Notes under the pieces: model-generated | The model's database searches: none | Told to the model about the DNA's origin: nothing | Seen by the model: only the letters and a program-made list of their open reading frames with translations | NCBI GenBank assembly: GCA_030704615.1 | Contig: JAKLZA010000066.1 | Location: 1 to 25,000, forward strand | Direction: 5' to 3' | Source of the DNA: Takakia lepidozioides | Taxonomy: Eukaryota > Plantae > Bryophyta | DNA length: 25,000 nucleotides | Made by a program: the position numbers and the translations under genes | Shown here: piece after piece, positions 1-10,596 of the stretch | Layout of the letters: the number at the start of each line of letters is the position of its first letter | Numbering within the stretch: position 1 is the first letter of the stretch

Positions 1-385
1 ACTAGAGTTGATGTAAAAGAAATACGCACATTCCCGTTGAAGTATATGATACTCCGGGCCTGCATTCTTGAAGGGCTCCACAACGTGCCCATGATTGGAC
101 CCCAAATCGATGCCTTCCTGTCAAAGTAAAGCATCACTGCACCTCAGATTTTCCATATCACTGACTGATGAGACACAGTCACAAGATTATTTCAATACAG
201 CACAACACTAGTGCTTGCAAAGAATATTATAGTAGAAAAGCCTGACAAATTCTCAGATTAAGTGTAGGCTGGCTGCCCTCAAGGAGTATCCATGCATCCC
301 TCTTGCGTGTAAATAGTTCTGAACACAGAGAAGCAGAGTATGATAAATGACTTGGCAAGTCTTTCAGACTCAGAATGCGAGGGAC

Positions 386-477
386 TAAGAACAAGAACCT
401 GAAAGATAGTCTGTAGCACTTCAGAGGAGCAAGTAAGAAGAAGAACCTGAAAGATAGTCTGTAGCACTTCAGTGGAT
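386..477. repeat. Tandem duplication, 48-bp period (about 2 copies)
   Basis: AAGAACCTGAAAGATAGTCTGTAGCACTTCAG occurs at 393 and 441; it lies downstream of the MAKR gene. Confidence 0.9.
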
Positions 478-1152
478 CACTGCAGCGCAACCAGATCATA
501 ATCATACTAAGTTCAAAACATACAAACAGCACAAGTCATGGGATTCTCCATCTTAAGAATGTACTCATATGAGGCGAAGTTGTTTGCCGTAGCCTTGTGG
601 CCCCGCGCCCAGAGCAGTTCTCCATCTCAAGAGAACGACAGATACATGGAAGAATGCAAAGCATGTTTGCCAATCGCTTTCCTTAGTCTCAGTTAGAATT
701 CAACAAAATTGTAGTAGTGTACAACGTTTCAGGAAGATCTCCACGTTCCCACAGATCTACTCTCGGTTTTCACATCTATCCATAATTACAACATATGGCT
801 ACCTTACTGATTTAAAGACTTAGACTTGTATCCTACTCACGGTACTGGACTTGAGCGATGCGATAAGCAGACCACTTGTGATCCTTTCCATCAAAGCAAG
901 AGCCTCCCTGCTAGTTACTCTTGTTTAGATGTCTTACTAAACACATCGCTACCCAGGCTCTTGGTGATTCCTCTATGCTCTACGTCTACGGTGTCTGAGG
1001 TTCTGATCTATCTAAAGTTAAAGGTGGGACTTACATCTTCCTGCTGAGAATGACAGGTATGCTGAGAGATACGACAGAAACAGAAACCTATCTGGAGTCT
1101 AATAGAGGGCAACTGTGGGACTGCTCGGCACGATGTGCGCACTTGCAGTGTG

Positions 1153-2610
1153 TTAAAAACTGAAAACTACGTTCTTCACCTCTGTCGAATTAGACTCTTG
1201 CTTGCCCCCCTGGGACTGTTTACAGTGGGCAATAGCTCCCTGAATTGCACTCTGCAATTCAGACATGGAACTGCTGCTCACCGCGCGGATATTAGTGTGC
1301 GTTGGTGGGCACCGCCGTGTTGCAACAGTATCCATTGCAATCCTTGAGCTTTGAGAGAAGGACGAAAAACTCCTGTTTCCAGGGACAGTATGCCGCAATG
1401 GCCTTTTGACAAATGCGAACGCTGCAGAGGGTAGATTAGTGGCCACAGCTGCTGCACTAAAGTCCGCCCTTCGGACTTGTTCCTGAAGTTGAGGCTGCTC
1501 AAATTTCTTGCCGTGAGGAGGCTTGAGAATTTTCATGTACTTCTGTAAATAATCCCGTGCCTTTGAGATGCCGCCCTGGTCCCTCTCTCTATCATAACTG
1601 GCCGCAATGCCTCGATCTAATTCACCGGACATATCCACGTCTCCACTCCATGATAGTTCTCCACTGCAGTCACTGAAGTACCTGTCGGGCACAGGGAAAC
1701 ATTTCATGCTGGGGGTAACAGCTGAGTCGTCATCATAAGGTTGACCGAGGGGCTGCCGCTGCTCAGCTTTCTCAATATCTGCCGTTGTCTTTGTGACCTT
1801 CTTCGCTCCAAATAGAACCCTCCACTTGAAAGGGGGTTTGAGCCAAGATGATAAAAGACTGGACCTCTCTGGCTGTGAGCCGTGTGTGCTAAAAACCTCC
1901 CGGTTGTGAACGAATCCCTTTGATTCAGAGGATGTCGTCTGAAATTCTTTGCTTGAGTCAAAACACGCGTCCTGTGAACTTCCACTGGAATCCCGAGAGC
2001 TGCTACTGTCTCCAGAAGAATCCCTGTCCGTAGAAAAATCCCTGTCTCTAGGGTCCCACCAACTGCTGCTTCGAGTGTGTAAAGTGGTGCTCCCAGGCAA
2101 GAGGATGCAGTTACTGGTTGAGAGAGGAGCGACGTCGGCTGTGTTCGTGCAGAATTTGGAGTACTTCGATTGGAAGAGGCACGGAACTTTGACAGAAGGT
2201 GCTTGCTCACGACGTTTCTCCTGCTGTTTCTCAGAGGACAGTTTCCGAACCATTTGCAGCCGGGGAGGGAGATGGAGGGGAAGCAGCTTCCCTTTGAAAA
2301 ACAGTTCATCAGCCGGGGAAATGGCTGAAGGTTGTACTGGCTCTACTTCGGCAAACGACATGTTGAACTCAAACTCTTTCGCATCTGATGACTTATTAGT
2401 CTGCTCCTTACTCATGGACTCCCAACGAAAAGGTAACGCGTTGTCTACATCGAAATACAGCTCCGGCTCCAAGTGATCGCCGTGAGCTGCCCCTCCCAAA
2501 GCGCATGTGAAGGAGAAAGGCTTTTCCCACGGGTCGCAATCACCTCCACCTTCGGGCCTGCGTGCTACGATCCCGGCGAAGTCAAAATTGTTCCAGTCCT
2601 CCCCTCCCAT
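1153..2610 (-). CDS. MAKR: BKI1/MAKR-family membrane-associated kinase regulator (485 aa, intronless CDS)
   Basis: Family motifs seen in the ORF: EFEF followed by SPADELFFKGKLLPLHLPPRLQMVRKL, a Ser-rich middle, basic KYMKILKP, and C-terminal SSMSELQSAIQGAIAHCKQS. Subfamily cannot be assigned by eye. Confidence 0.9.
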   Translation of the reverse strand: MGGEDWNNFDFAGIVARRPEGGGDCDPWEKPFSFTCALGGAAHGDHLEPELYFDVDNALPFRWESMSKEQTNKSSDAKEFEFNMSFAEVEPVQPSAISPADELFFKGKLLPLHLPPRLQMVRKLSSEKQQEKRREQAPSVKVPCLFQSKYSKFCTNTADVAPLSTSNCILLPGSTTLHTRSSSWWDPRDRDFSTDRDSSGDSSSSRDSSGSSQDACFDSSKEFQTTSSESKGFVHNREVFSTHGSQPERSSLLSSWLKPPFKWRVLFGAKKVTKTTADIEKAEQRQPLGQPYDDDSAVTPSMKCFPVPDRYFSDCSGELSWSGDVDMSGELDRGIAASYDRERDQGGISKARDYLQKYMKILKPPHGKKFEQPQLQEQVRRADFSAAAVATNLPSAAFAFVKRPLRHTVPGNRSFSSFSQSSRIAMDTVATRRCPPTHTNIRAVSSSSMSELQSAIQGAIAHCKQSQGGKQESNSTEVKNVVFSF

Positions 2611-2944
2611 TCTGAGACGTCCAGACAGAGATCGACTGTATTGTTTTACACAGCTAAAGAGCTTAAATAACTACGAAAGTCGATCATAGCTCGAGAGGTA
2701 TCTTCCAATTTCTGCAGCATAAATCTGACCGTTTTATAACAACTTCCTTCTCCATGCCGAGTTTTTCTGGTCTTGACAAATCTTAATAATTTTGAATCCT
2801 GCTTTGGTATCTAGTCTTGATGCATTCTCAGCTCTGCGAGTTCAACTAATTTTCGGTTCATTGGCGGCCAATAATGTGACCACCAAAAGACAGGGTAGTC
2901 TGGACAGAATGGAAATGACAAAGCTAAGACGGAAGGAGGAAGTC

Positions 2945-3457
2945 CTGCACAGAGAATCTTACAATGATAGAGCCCGGCAAGGAGCAGGAAGACACGGCAG
3001 TTGTATCAGGCGTAAGGTTCCACCCGTAAGATGAACGATGGAGCTGGCTCTCGTCTAAAACAGATTGGAAAACTCTCTAAATACTACAAACTATCGTATC
3101 GCACGGAAATGTACACGGACTTTGCTGACCTCTAGAAGCGCTCCCACAGTCATCGTCTGAATTTGGAAGAGTCTAGAGGACACTATAGAGAGCCAGCCAA
3201 AGTACCAAAGCCAAGCCTTGGTGACAATGCCACAATAGACGGAGAGCAAAAAGCACCTACAGAGAACTCACAGCCATAGCAGAGGAAGAAAGAGCACAAT
3301 GTAGTACGTGGAAGAGATGCTGAAAGGCTAAGTAAAGGAGCACACTAGAGAACACGATCACAACATAGCTCGAGCTTCACCAAAACTACAACCAAGCAAG
3401 AGCTGTATGATGTATCCACCCCCCGAACAGAAGCTACAAAAATGGAGAAAACCGTAC
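2945..3457 (-). other. Putative 5'-UTR intron of the MAKR gene
   Basis: Minus-strand donor GAG|GTACGG at 3457, T-rich intron body, acceptor TTCTCTGTGCAG|G at 2945; an alternative acceptor TGCAG|A exists at 2712. Confidence 0.45.
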
Positions 3458-4199
3458 CTCGGACTACGAGAAGAAGATAAGTCTAAAATAAGAGCAGCTC
3501 AGAGCGACGCAGAGAACGCATGAGCTGCAAACAGTCCTATAAATATGACTGCCACAAAACAAAAGTAGAAAACGAGCTCAAAACACTCAGAGACAGTAAA
3601 CAGTATGAGACAACCACTCAGAGAGGTGGACGGCAACACATTGGCGAGGCATCGCAAGCCGACGAATCTGATACTAATAAAAAAAAGCTCCTCTCTCTCC
3701 CCCACTTTGTCTAGAGTGCACCGCAAGCTCTCCCTCTCCGCAGGCAACAGAAGCTCTGCTCTCTGTCGCCCCGCTGTGTCCGAAGTGCCAGGCGGGCCCT
3801 CTCTCTGCATTTATCCCCGGCCGTGTGAATGCGCTCTAGAGTCTCCCCCCCCCCTCTGACCACTTTGTCTGCTCCCCTCCACGCCGCCACCCCTCCTTTA
3901 TTGTTAGCGTGCCTTCAGATGAATGTCGATCCGCCCGGCGTACCCCGGATGAACGTACGTATATTTAGTAACACTCATACGCTCGGATTTATGCGGCCTC
4001 ATCATTCACACTCCCCTAACCCCCTTCCCAAAAATTCCTTTGTGCGACTCCTCTACAAACAAACATATCGCATTCCCCCAAAAGAACCTTCCATCTCCCT
4101 CGCATATAAACAACAACAAACCCCCCGCAACATTTGCATTCACACTCGAGAACCTCCGTGCCAGTAAAGATACACACCGACAAAGTCAGGCCCGGGATT

Positions 4200-4220
4200 G
4201 ATTCACTAACTTAGTGAATC
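4200..4220. repeat. Perfect 21-bp palindrome (10-bp arms, 1-nt spacer)
   Basis: GATTCACTAA-C-TTAGTGAATC; the arms are exact reverse complements. Confidence 0.9.
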
Positions 4221-4252
4221 TCGAGCACGAAAGAAACACGCCGATAATAAAA

Positions 4253-4270
4253 GAGAGAGAGAGAGAGAGA
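4253..4270. repeat. (GA)9 microsatellite
   Basis: Seen directly; upstream of the MAKR gene. Confidence 0.85.
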
Positions 4271-5003
4271 AGGGAGGTATACGGTACCACGATCTACGGT
4301 TATCGGGATAGACTAGGGGTTGCCGCGCGGGTGGCGGCAGGTGCCCGCGGAGTGAAGGGCGCGGTCGGGCGCCATAATAGAGCGCGGGCGACTGCCACCC
4401 TACCCGTGCATTATTGCGGTGGCCAACGCAGGGGGTTCAGGGTTCAAATCATGGCGCATGAGTACACCGCATGTGAGCGCCCATGTGATGCCATACCCTA
4501 CTCATGGCGCTGTATTAAATATTTTGACTTGGGGTGTTGGATGAAGTCGGGGATGAAAGTAGGGGATGGTGAGCTAACTTAGGGGTGGGTCAGAGTGATG
4601 TGATCCAAAAAGGCACTGCATGTTCCCGCCAAAAAGGACACCTGTCGCCTCGTGAACTGCAGCGACCCTTTCCGGATCAGGACCTGGATCGGGACCCGCC
4701 TTGGTGCTCTTTCGGGATCTGGGTGGGGCCGCCCGGGATTCGCGAAAGCCACCTCGATTGCCGCGAGAATAATTATCCAGGTGCCGCCAGCAGGGCAAGG
4801 GACGACGGAGTGTGGATGTAGAGTATCCATGATGGATGCAATTACGGTCGTTCATCCATCTGCCTTTCCAGAGAGTCTGCCAACTGCGGGTCTTACACAA
4901 GGCCCATGTCGTCCTCTTCTACCCCCTCTGGTTGTTTGCGTCCCGTCCACATCCCTTCCCATGATACTAGTGATGCCGCGTTCATTTTGGTGTACGGGAA
5001 TTA

Positions 5004-5095
5004 ATTTTGACGAAATTATTTGTTGCCGACGGTGGGAAAAAGTACTTATTCTTCATTTTGACGATAATTTGTTGCCGATGGTGGGAAAAAGTACT
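5004..5095. repeat. Imperfect tandem duplication, ~51-bp period
   Basis: ATTTTGACGA...ATTTGTTGCCGAYGGTGGGAAAAAGTACT begins at 5004 and again at 5055. Confidence 0.85.
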
Positions 5096-5825
5096 CTTCG
5101 AGGGGCTGCTACCCACAGTTGTTCGCAACGAATCCCTTCGCTTTCGGCAATGGGAAATAAATTAGACGATGTATGTAACTTAGTTGTGGACAATGTGATG
5201 TGACGGGAAATGGAGGGGATGGGGAGTGGGCTGACGGTGACAGAGTGTAAGAGGGATGGGGGGGTGCGTTCATTATCAAGAGAGGGGTACGTAGTGATGG
5301 GAACGTGGTGGTGACCCATGACCCATTAAAACACTGCGGTGACCTAACTAGTGTCAGGTCAAGACGTGGTACCATGGGTCAGGCCTACGGATGAATAAGA
5401 GCGAGTCACATCTGACCGTACGTATTTCATTCATAGTGGGATTGTGGTTGGCTGGCCAGGCGGGCACGCGTGGGTGATGGTGGTTGGACCACGTGGGGAG
5501 GGCAGGGGGCGCCACGGGGGTCGTCTCTCTGGCTGCAAGGCTGCAGCGCAATTAGGGAGGGGAGAGTAGTTAGCGATGGCAGAATGTCACCCGCGCCCCA
5601 GCAGCTGTGCTGTGCGTCCTTTGTGCGCAGCTCTGACGGAGCTGCGCTTTGCAGGCTCACGAGCCTACCATTAACACCGAGAGAGGTTGCGTCTAAGTAT
5701 TATGTCCTCCACTCTTGTGCTGCAGTGGGGCAGAGTAATCACTAGTCTTTATGCTGCAGTTGGACAACCAAAATTTTACTGAATGTTTTATAAATAACTT
5801 TTAGTGGGGCACTCCAGAGTCAGGA

Positions 5826-6112
5826 CTTCCAAGAGGAAAACACCGATTCCTGATCATCAACTTATTATACTAGAATCACCTTCGGGTCTAGGGGGGCACC
5901 CCAGGGTCAGGACCTCCAAGATCGGGGTTTTCCTCTTGGAGGTCATGACGAACCCAGGATTTTTATAGTCTTGTGGCTGATTCGCAGCTTCCTTAAACTC
6001 AACCTTCAATTCACAGAATGTTTCATAAATTGTGGGGCACCCCAGGCCCAAAGTGATTCTAGTATTAATGGTGAAGGTGATGATCAAGGAATCCGGGTTT
6101 TTCTCTTGGAGG
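5826..6112. mobile_element. Foldback/MITE-like element with ~80-bp imperfect inverted repeats
   Basis: 5826-5902 (CTTCCAAGAGGAAAACACCGATTCCTGATCATCAAC...ATACTAGAATCAC...) pairs with the reverse complement of 6033-6112. No coding capacity and no clear target-site duplication. The inverted repeat is observed; the MITE label is inference. Confidence 0.45.
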
Positions 6113-7210
6113 TGGGGTGTAGGCTGTAGTAGTCAACCTTCAATTCACTTCACTTGGATAATGGATTGTAGCTGGTAGCCTCCATCATCGGTTCGGTAGA
6201 TGCATGTCACCAATGTATATTGTATATACTAGATGCACTACAAGAATCATCCTCCAACTAGATGCAGTATAAGTTAGCCCAGTTGAAGTTTAGGTTTTCT
6301 GAGTTTACCTACCAGATTTGTCTGGACACTTTCCCCGCCTAGTTTCAAAATTCACATATGTGGGCAAACATATCTCATCATCTCCTTGGGCACTGAGCCC
6401 CAAAAACAAGCATACTGGCAAAGAACATGCGCTAAAATTAAATTAGATTTGTTGGGTCATTGATAGGAGTGGTTACTTGCTTTTATGACTGATATGATTT
6501 GCTGGGCAGTGTTTGAAGATTTGCATTGGAGAGAGGGATTTGAGACAGGGTGTGAGTTTCAAAAATGGCAGGAAAAGTTGGTCGTGTTCTTTTGGATGGC
6601 GTGTAGCTCAGAGAGTTTGGAGTGGAGAACATTGATAGTGGAGCAGATATGTGACATTTGTGTCAGAAACCTTCCAAGTTAGGCCCTTTCAGTGCTTGGA
6701 TGGGTGGCAGAATGCACGAATAGATGAAACAATGCCTACCAGTGGATTCCTTCCTGTTCTACAGCTTGTACAGGTTTTGATACAATAAATGAGATTGAAG
6801 AGAAGGGAGGTATTGGTGCCAGAAGGATGCTTGGAGAAGCACGCTTGTTTCTTGCCACTCCTTGATTGAAGCTTTCCGTATACAAGGTTATCACAGATGT
6901 GAATACAAACTCTCCAAATCAGGGAATCACTTCGAGATTGTGTCTGAGTTGTTGTGTGGATAGTTGGGTACCCAACTTCAAGGATATGCGGATGACAGGA
7001 AACTTGGTTTTGTCCATGTGAGAAGGTGAGTGCTTGTCCACATGCTTGACTAATCCAAGCATCCATTGCATTCTCAAACTCCCTCTCTACATATGATTGC
7101 TATCAATTTCATTTTGACCTTGGTATGACATGCTTAGGGAAATACGCTTGATGATCTTTGAAGTGAAAGTCGGGTGAGATCAGCCCTCACTTATCCATTT
7201 AGATGCAGCT

Positions 7211-7455
7211 AGGAGTCCCTCTGAACAGATCAGGCATTTCAAATCAAATTTATTGTGGACCCTCTCCCCCGGGAGGAGACTCATCAGGACTATGGGCAAC
7301 ATACCACCAAATGTCCAGAAGAGAGTGCAAGAGAGTGTGACATCATTGGGGAAATAGGGTTGTTGATGAAAGACTAGTAAGATCATCCAGGAAGGAGTCC
7401 CTTTGAACAGATCCGGCATTTCAAATCAAAAGTTAACTCTTCATTGTGGACCTCT
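7211..7455. repeat. Dispersed direct repeat, 182-bp spacing
   Basis: AGGAGTCCCTYTGAACAGATCMGGCATTTCAAATCAAA...ATTGTGGACC at 7211 and 7393. Confidence 0.8.
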
Positions 7456-8097
7456 CTCTTGCTCGACTAAGACTCGGGACTACCAGAAAGATAAGACTTC
7501 CGACACGTGCTCTACTGGTAGCATGCAACTACTACTTTTTAATTATGGAGTAGGAAAGCTCTGTCTCCAATTTTGTGCAGTGAAACAGTCAAGCTAGCAC
7601 CTCCGCCCTCCTCTGACCTCTGTCAGTCTGATCTTGAACTGCACGTGGCATTAGAATAAGCCAAACAGAGTGAAGCATTTTACCACAAAGACTCAATACA
7701 ATCACCACGAAGTTGGACTACTACCAATGGTCTTTCAAGTTGAAAATATGTTCCAAACCAATCCAATTTCAGGACTTACAGGCTTTGGAGTTCTGGGCTC
7801 ACCAGAAATTTCTGCAGACTCGCATGGTTCAACGATAAGATTCTCTTAAGGAAGTTGATGGTCAATCCAGCTCTACCCCCCATTGCAAAAGCAGCTGTAT
7901 CTACGTTGAGAACCCCTGCACCTCTGAACCTGAGACCTGCCCTTGCACTGTTGAGGGCCAGAACATGCAAGCACACACAACCAGGATGCATTTTGAGGAC
8001 GCTGAAACGATTGATCTGGTTTGGAATGTAGGCGCTGTTGTGTTGAAGACTTGAGCTCCGTACAATTTTTGTACAAGAAAACTTCAGGCTTGCGGCG

Positions 8098-10077
8098 CTA
8101 GTAGTAGTCAGCCTGCTTCTGGGCCATCTCTTGCTGCACACAACCATCCAAAAACTTGGTTCAGATCTTGATATCAAGCAGTCTTTCTCTTTTCTAGACC
8201 TATAATGCAAACAACGTCTTATGAGTAAAATATTTCTAGACCTATAATGCATCCAAAAAGTCGACTCTGCAACCAAATAAATTGCCTGGAATAAGACATT
8301 TCTCAAATAAGACAGCAGCCCTGACTAGGGGACAGCTATTGCAGCTATATACTGAAAATATTGGCCAAACCAAAAGGCTTAAAACCAGACTCAATGGTAC
8401 TAGGGTTACCAATACAACCTCTGCCGCTCTCTCCCTGTCCAATCCTCATGCACTCTTAAAACCCCCTGAGAGCAGGCTGGTTGTGCCCAAGTTCTCCGCA
8501 TATGATGATTCCACAAGCAAAATCAGGAAAGAGAAACCTACCGTCTCAGAATCCCAGCGGTCAGCATATGTGCTGCTTTCCGAGGAATAAAGTTACTTTC
8601 AGGTTCTTTGTTATTAGTTGGTTGTTTACCTCAAATGCTGCCTTCAAGTGGTCCAGCTCCTTCGTCAAATCGGTAATGGCCAGATTGTAGGCTTGCATTG
8701 GTGAGGATTGACTTGTTGTTTGAATCTGTCATCATAGAAGTTCAATAAGAAGCTACTTCACACAATGTTGTTTATCCATTGGCAACGATCATCATGGACT
8801 AAGTCAATGCAGCACAATGCCAGATTATGATGTTATGCTGTGTGTCAGAGAAAGGGTTGCAATCATTGCAAAGTTCTTGGATAGAGTAGGAGAGAGAATG
8901 AGAGACACGAATGTACTACGAATTATGAGTTTGAAAAGAATCTCTTTTAAATTCTTCGACAGTCTTACCCTGGTGGTGATAACTGCCACATTCAACTTGG
9001 ATATAGAGATCCCTGATACTGCTGAATGGGTCTCCCTGCAGGTCAAGATATAGGTCTGCTCGAAGGGTTGTGGATCTCCCTAACTCCCTGTGTCTCTCAC
9101 AATAGAGCACTCTGTTCAATGTCTGCCAATAATAAACTAGAGGGGCAGGTTCACAGAAGGATCTCACCTTAACCACAATTTTGTACTGCAGAGGGTGTGG
9201 TAGTTTGTAGCCTGCAAACAGTACACTTGGGTCCCGGTGAAGCTGCCTGCCATCCATCCTGATACCTTTAGCTTTCTCTCTCTTCATGACCATCATTGCA
9301 CCTCTTTTCAGTCAGCTGGAGAAGCTCAAGACAATCCAAGCACTCTGGGCCCCCTTGGTTCTGAGTTTTGGGATGAATGTACATCTCAAGAACAACATGT
9401 GACACAATGCTTCCTGGTAAACCTACAACTCACCTCGGCGTTCCGATATTGTGATAAACTCCATTCTACTCTCCTCCCGTCCCCATCCCTACCATTCCCT
9501 CCTCCACTCAAAAATGGGCAAAGACACTATGACCACAAGGCAAAATCTGAGCAGTTTTGTTCTGTCTGTGTTGTCTACTATGCTCTGCGCGCCATCATGT
9601 TCCTTTCTCTCTGTCTCTTTCTCTCTTTGAGCTTGCCCTACACGTTAGAGTTTCTATCTCTCCCTCTACCAAGGGATTGCACAGGGAAACATGAAAGGAA
9701 ATGAGCAGCTAAGTCTAAACACCTTGTAGAGGCACATACATGCGAATGACGTTGCCAATTGTATGATCCTCACGCTGGACGGTGAAGGTGGCAGCATTCA
9801 TAATCTTCATATCCCGATCATATGCCACCCTGCCATGCCATTATCGTTAGGATAAAACCCCGCCATACTGTGATTTCGTAAGGTGACAAGCTTGACACCC
9901 TCTATTCTACTCTATTCTATTCCGATGTCACTCCCTGAGAGGAGTTGTAAGGAAGCGAATACTACTGCAGCAAGGAGAGTAAGGAGCAGACATTGTTTTG
10001 GGGGTAGGAAGTTGTACAACATACTTTTTCATGCCCTCAGGCACCACAAAGCGCTCATATCGATCCGGGGCATTCAT
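8098..10077 (-). CDS. NRPB11: DNA-directed RNA polymerase II/IV/V subunit 11 (117 aa, 5 exons)
   Basis: Exons 10077-10025, 9829-9740, 9246-9168, 8725-8630, 8133-8098, all GT-AG, total 354 nt in frame: [117 protein letters not shown]. It carries the RPB11 signatures EDHTIGN and [10 protein letters not shown]. Confidence 0.96.
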
Positions 10078-10169
10078 CTTTCCTCCCTTTTCCGGCTGCT
10101 CCAAATATCTCCCCCTCGCCCTCCTTCTCTCCCTCACGCTATGGAAAACTTAGCAACAAGAATGAACAC

Positions 10170-10177
10170 AAACCCTA
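10170..10177. promoter_or_regulatory. Telo-box (AAACCCTA) in the RPB11 leader/promoter
   Basis: Motif lies ~90 bp upstream of the RPB11 ATG; telo-boxes are typical of plant housekeeping gene-expression genes. A (GA)10 tract follows at 10351-10370. Confidence 0.5.
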
Positions 10178-10596
10178 GCAAGGTGGGTCGGTAGATACAA
10201 GGATGAAAAACCCACTGGAGACACACTAGGCTAGGGAAGACGACTAAAGACACGTTGACTTCCTCTCTTTGCTATTTGAGGGGTTAGGGCACGCCCAGAC
10301 TTCATCACATCGTAAGGGCCACTGCCTTCAGTTTTCCAAGTCGATCGATCGAGAGAGAGAGAGAGAGAGAATTGATGTCTACGAAGAGACATGCGTGGAG
10401 TTCCCAAGTTGTTCCGCAAGAAGTTGGATTCCTATAAAGGGATCGCAGAAATCCACTTCTTGGGGAACAGATTGGGAAATTCTTCTTCCTTCCGCTGTTG
10501 TTCACAGGAGCATATTTTCTCAGTTTTTTGGGTTTGAAGCGTGCAGGCCGAGCTCGAACTTCTGGGTTTTGTCTAGATTTGCTTGCTGTCGCGGAA

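Noticed and set aside
386-477. Repeat-spacer-like pattern (also at 5004-5095 and 13748-13844) as a CRISPR array
   Set aside because: Only 2-3 adjacent copies without unique spacers, eukaryotic context, no cas genes; these are simple tandem duplications.
1278-2476. Overlapping ORFs of 74-201 aa inside the MAKR gene
   Set aside because: Alternative-frame or antisense shadows of the real CDS with no motifs.
5625-5647. Perfect 9-bp hairpin GCGCAGCTC-TGACG-GAGCTGCGC as a Helitron 3' end
   Set aside because: No CTRR terminus at the expected short distance on either strand.
4214-5745. Numerous 65-183 aa ORFs in the GC-rich upstream region
   Set aside because: Mutually overlapping on both strands with no recognisable motifs or splice logic; expected in GC-rich noncoding DNA.
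6690-7030. Coding-like stretch ending in AG|GTGAG
   Set aside because: Every + frame contains stops and no family is recognisable; cannot be supported without BLASTX.
8191-8251. 19-bp direct repeat TTTCTAGACCTATAATGCA in RPB11 intron 4
   Set aside because: Real but trivial local duplication with no functional indication.
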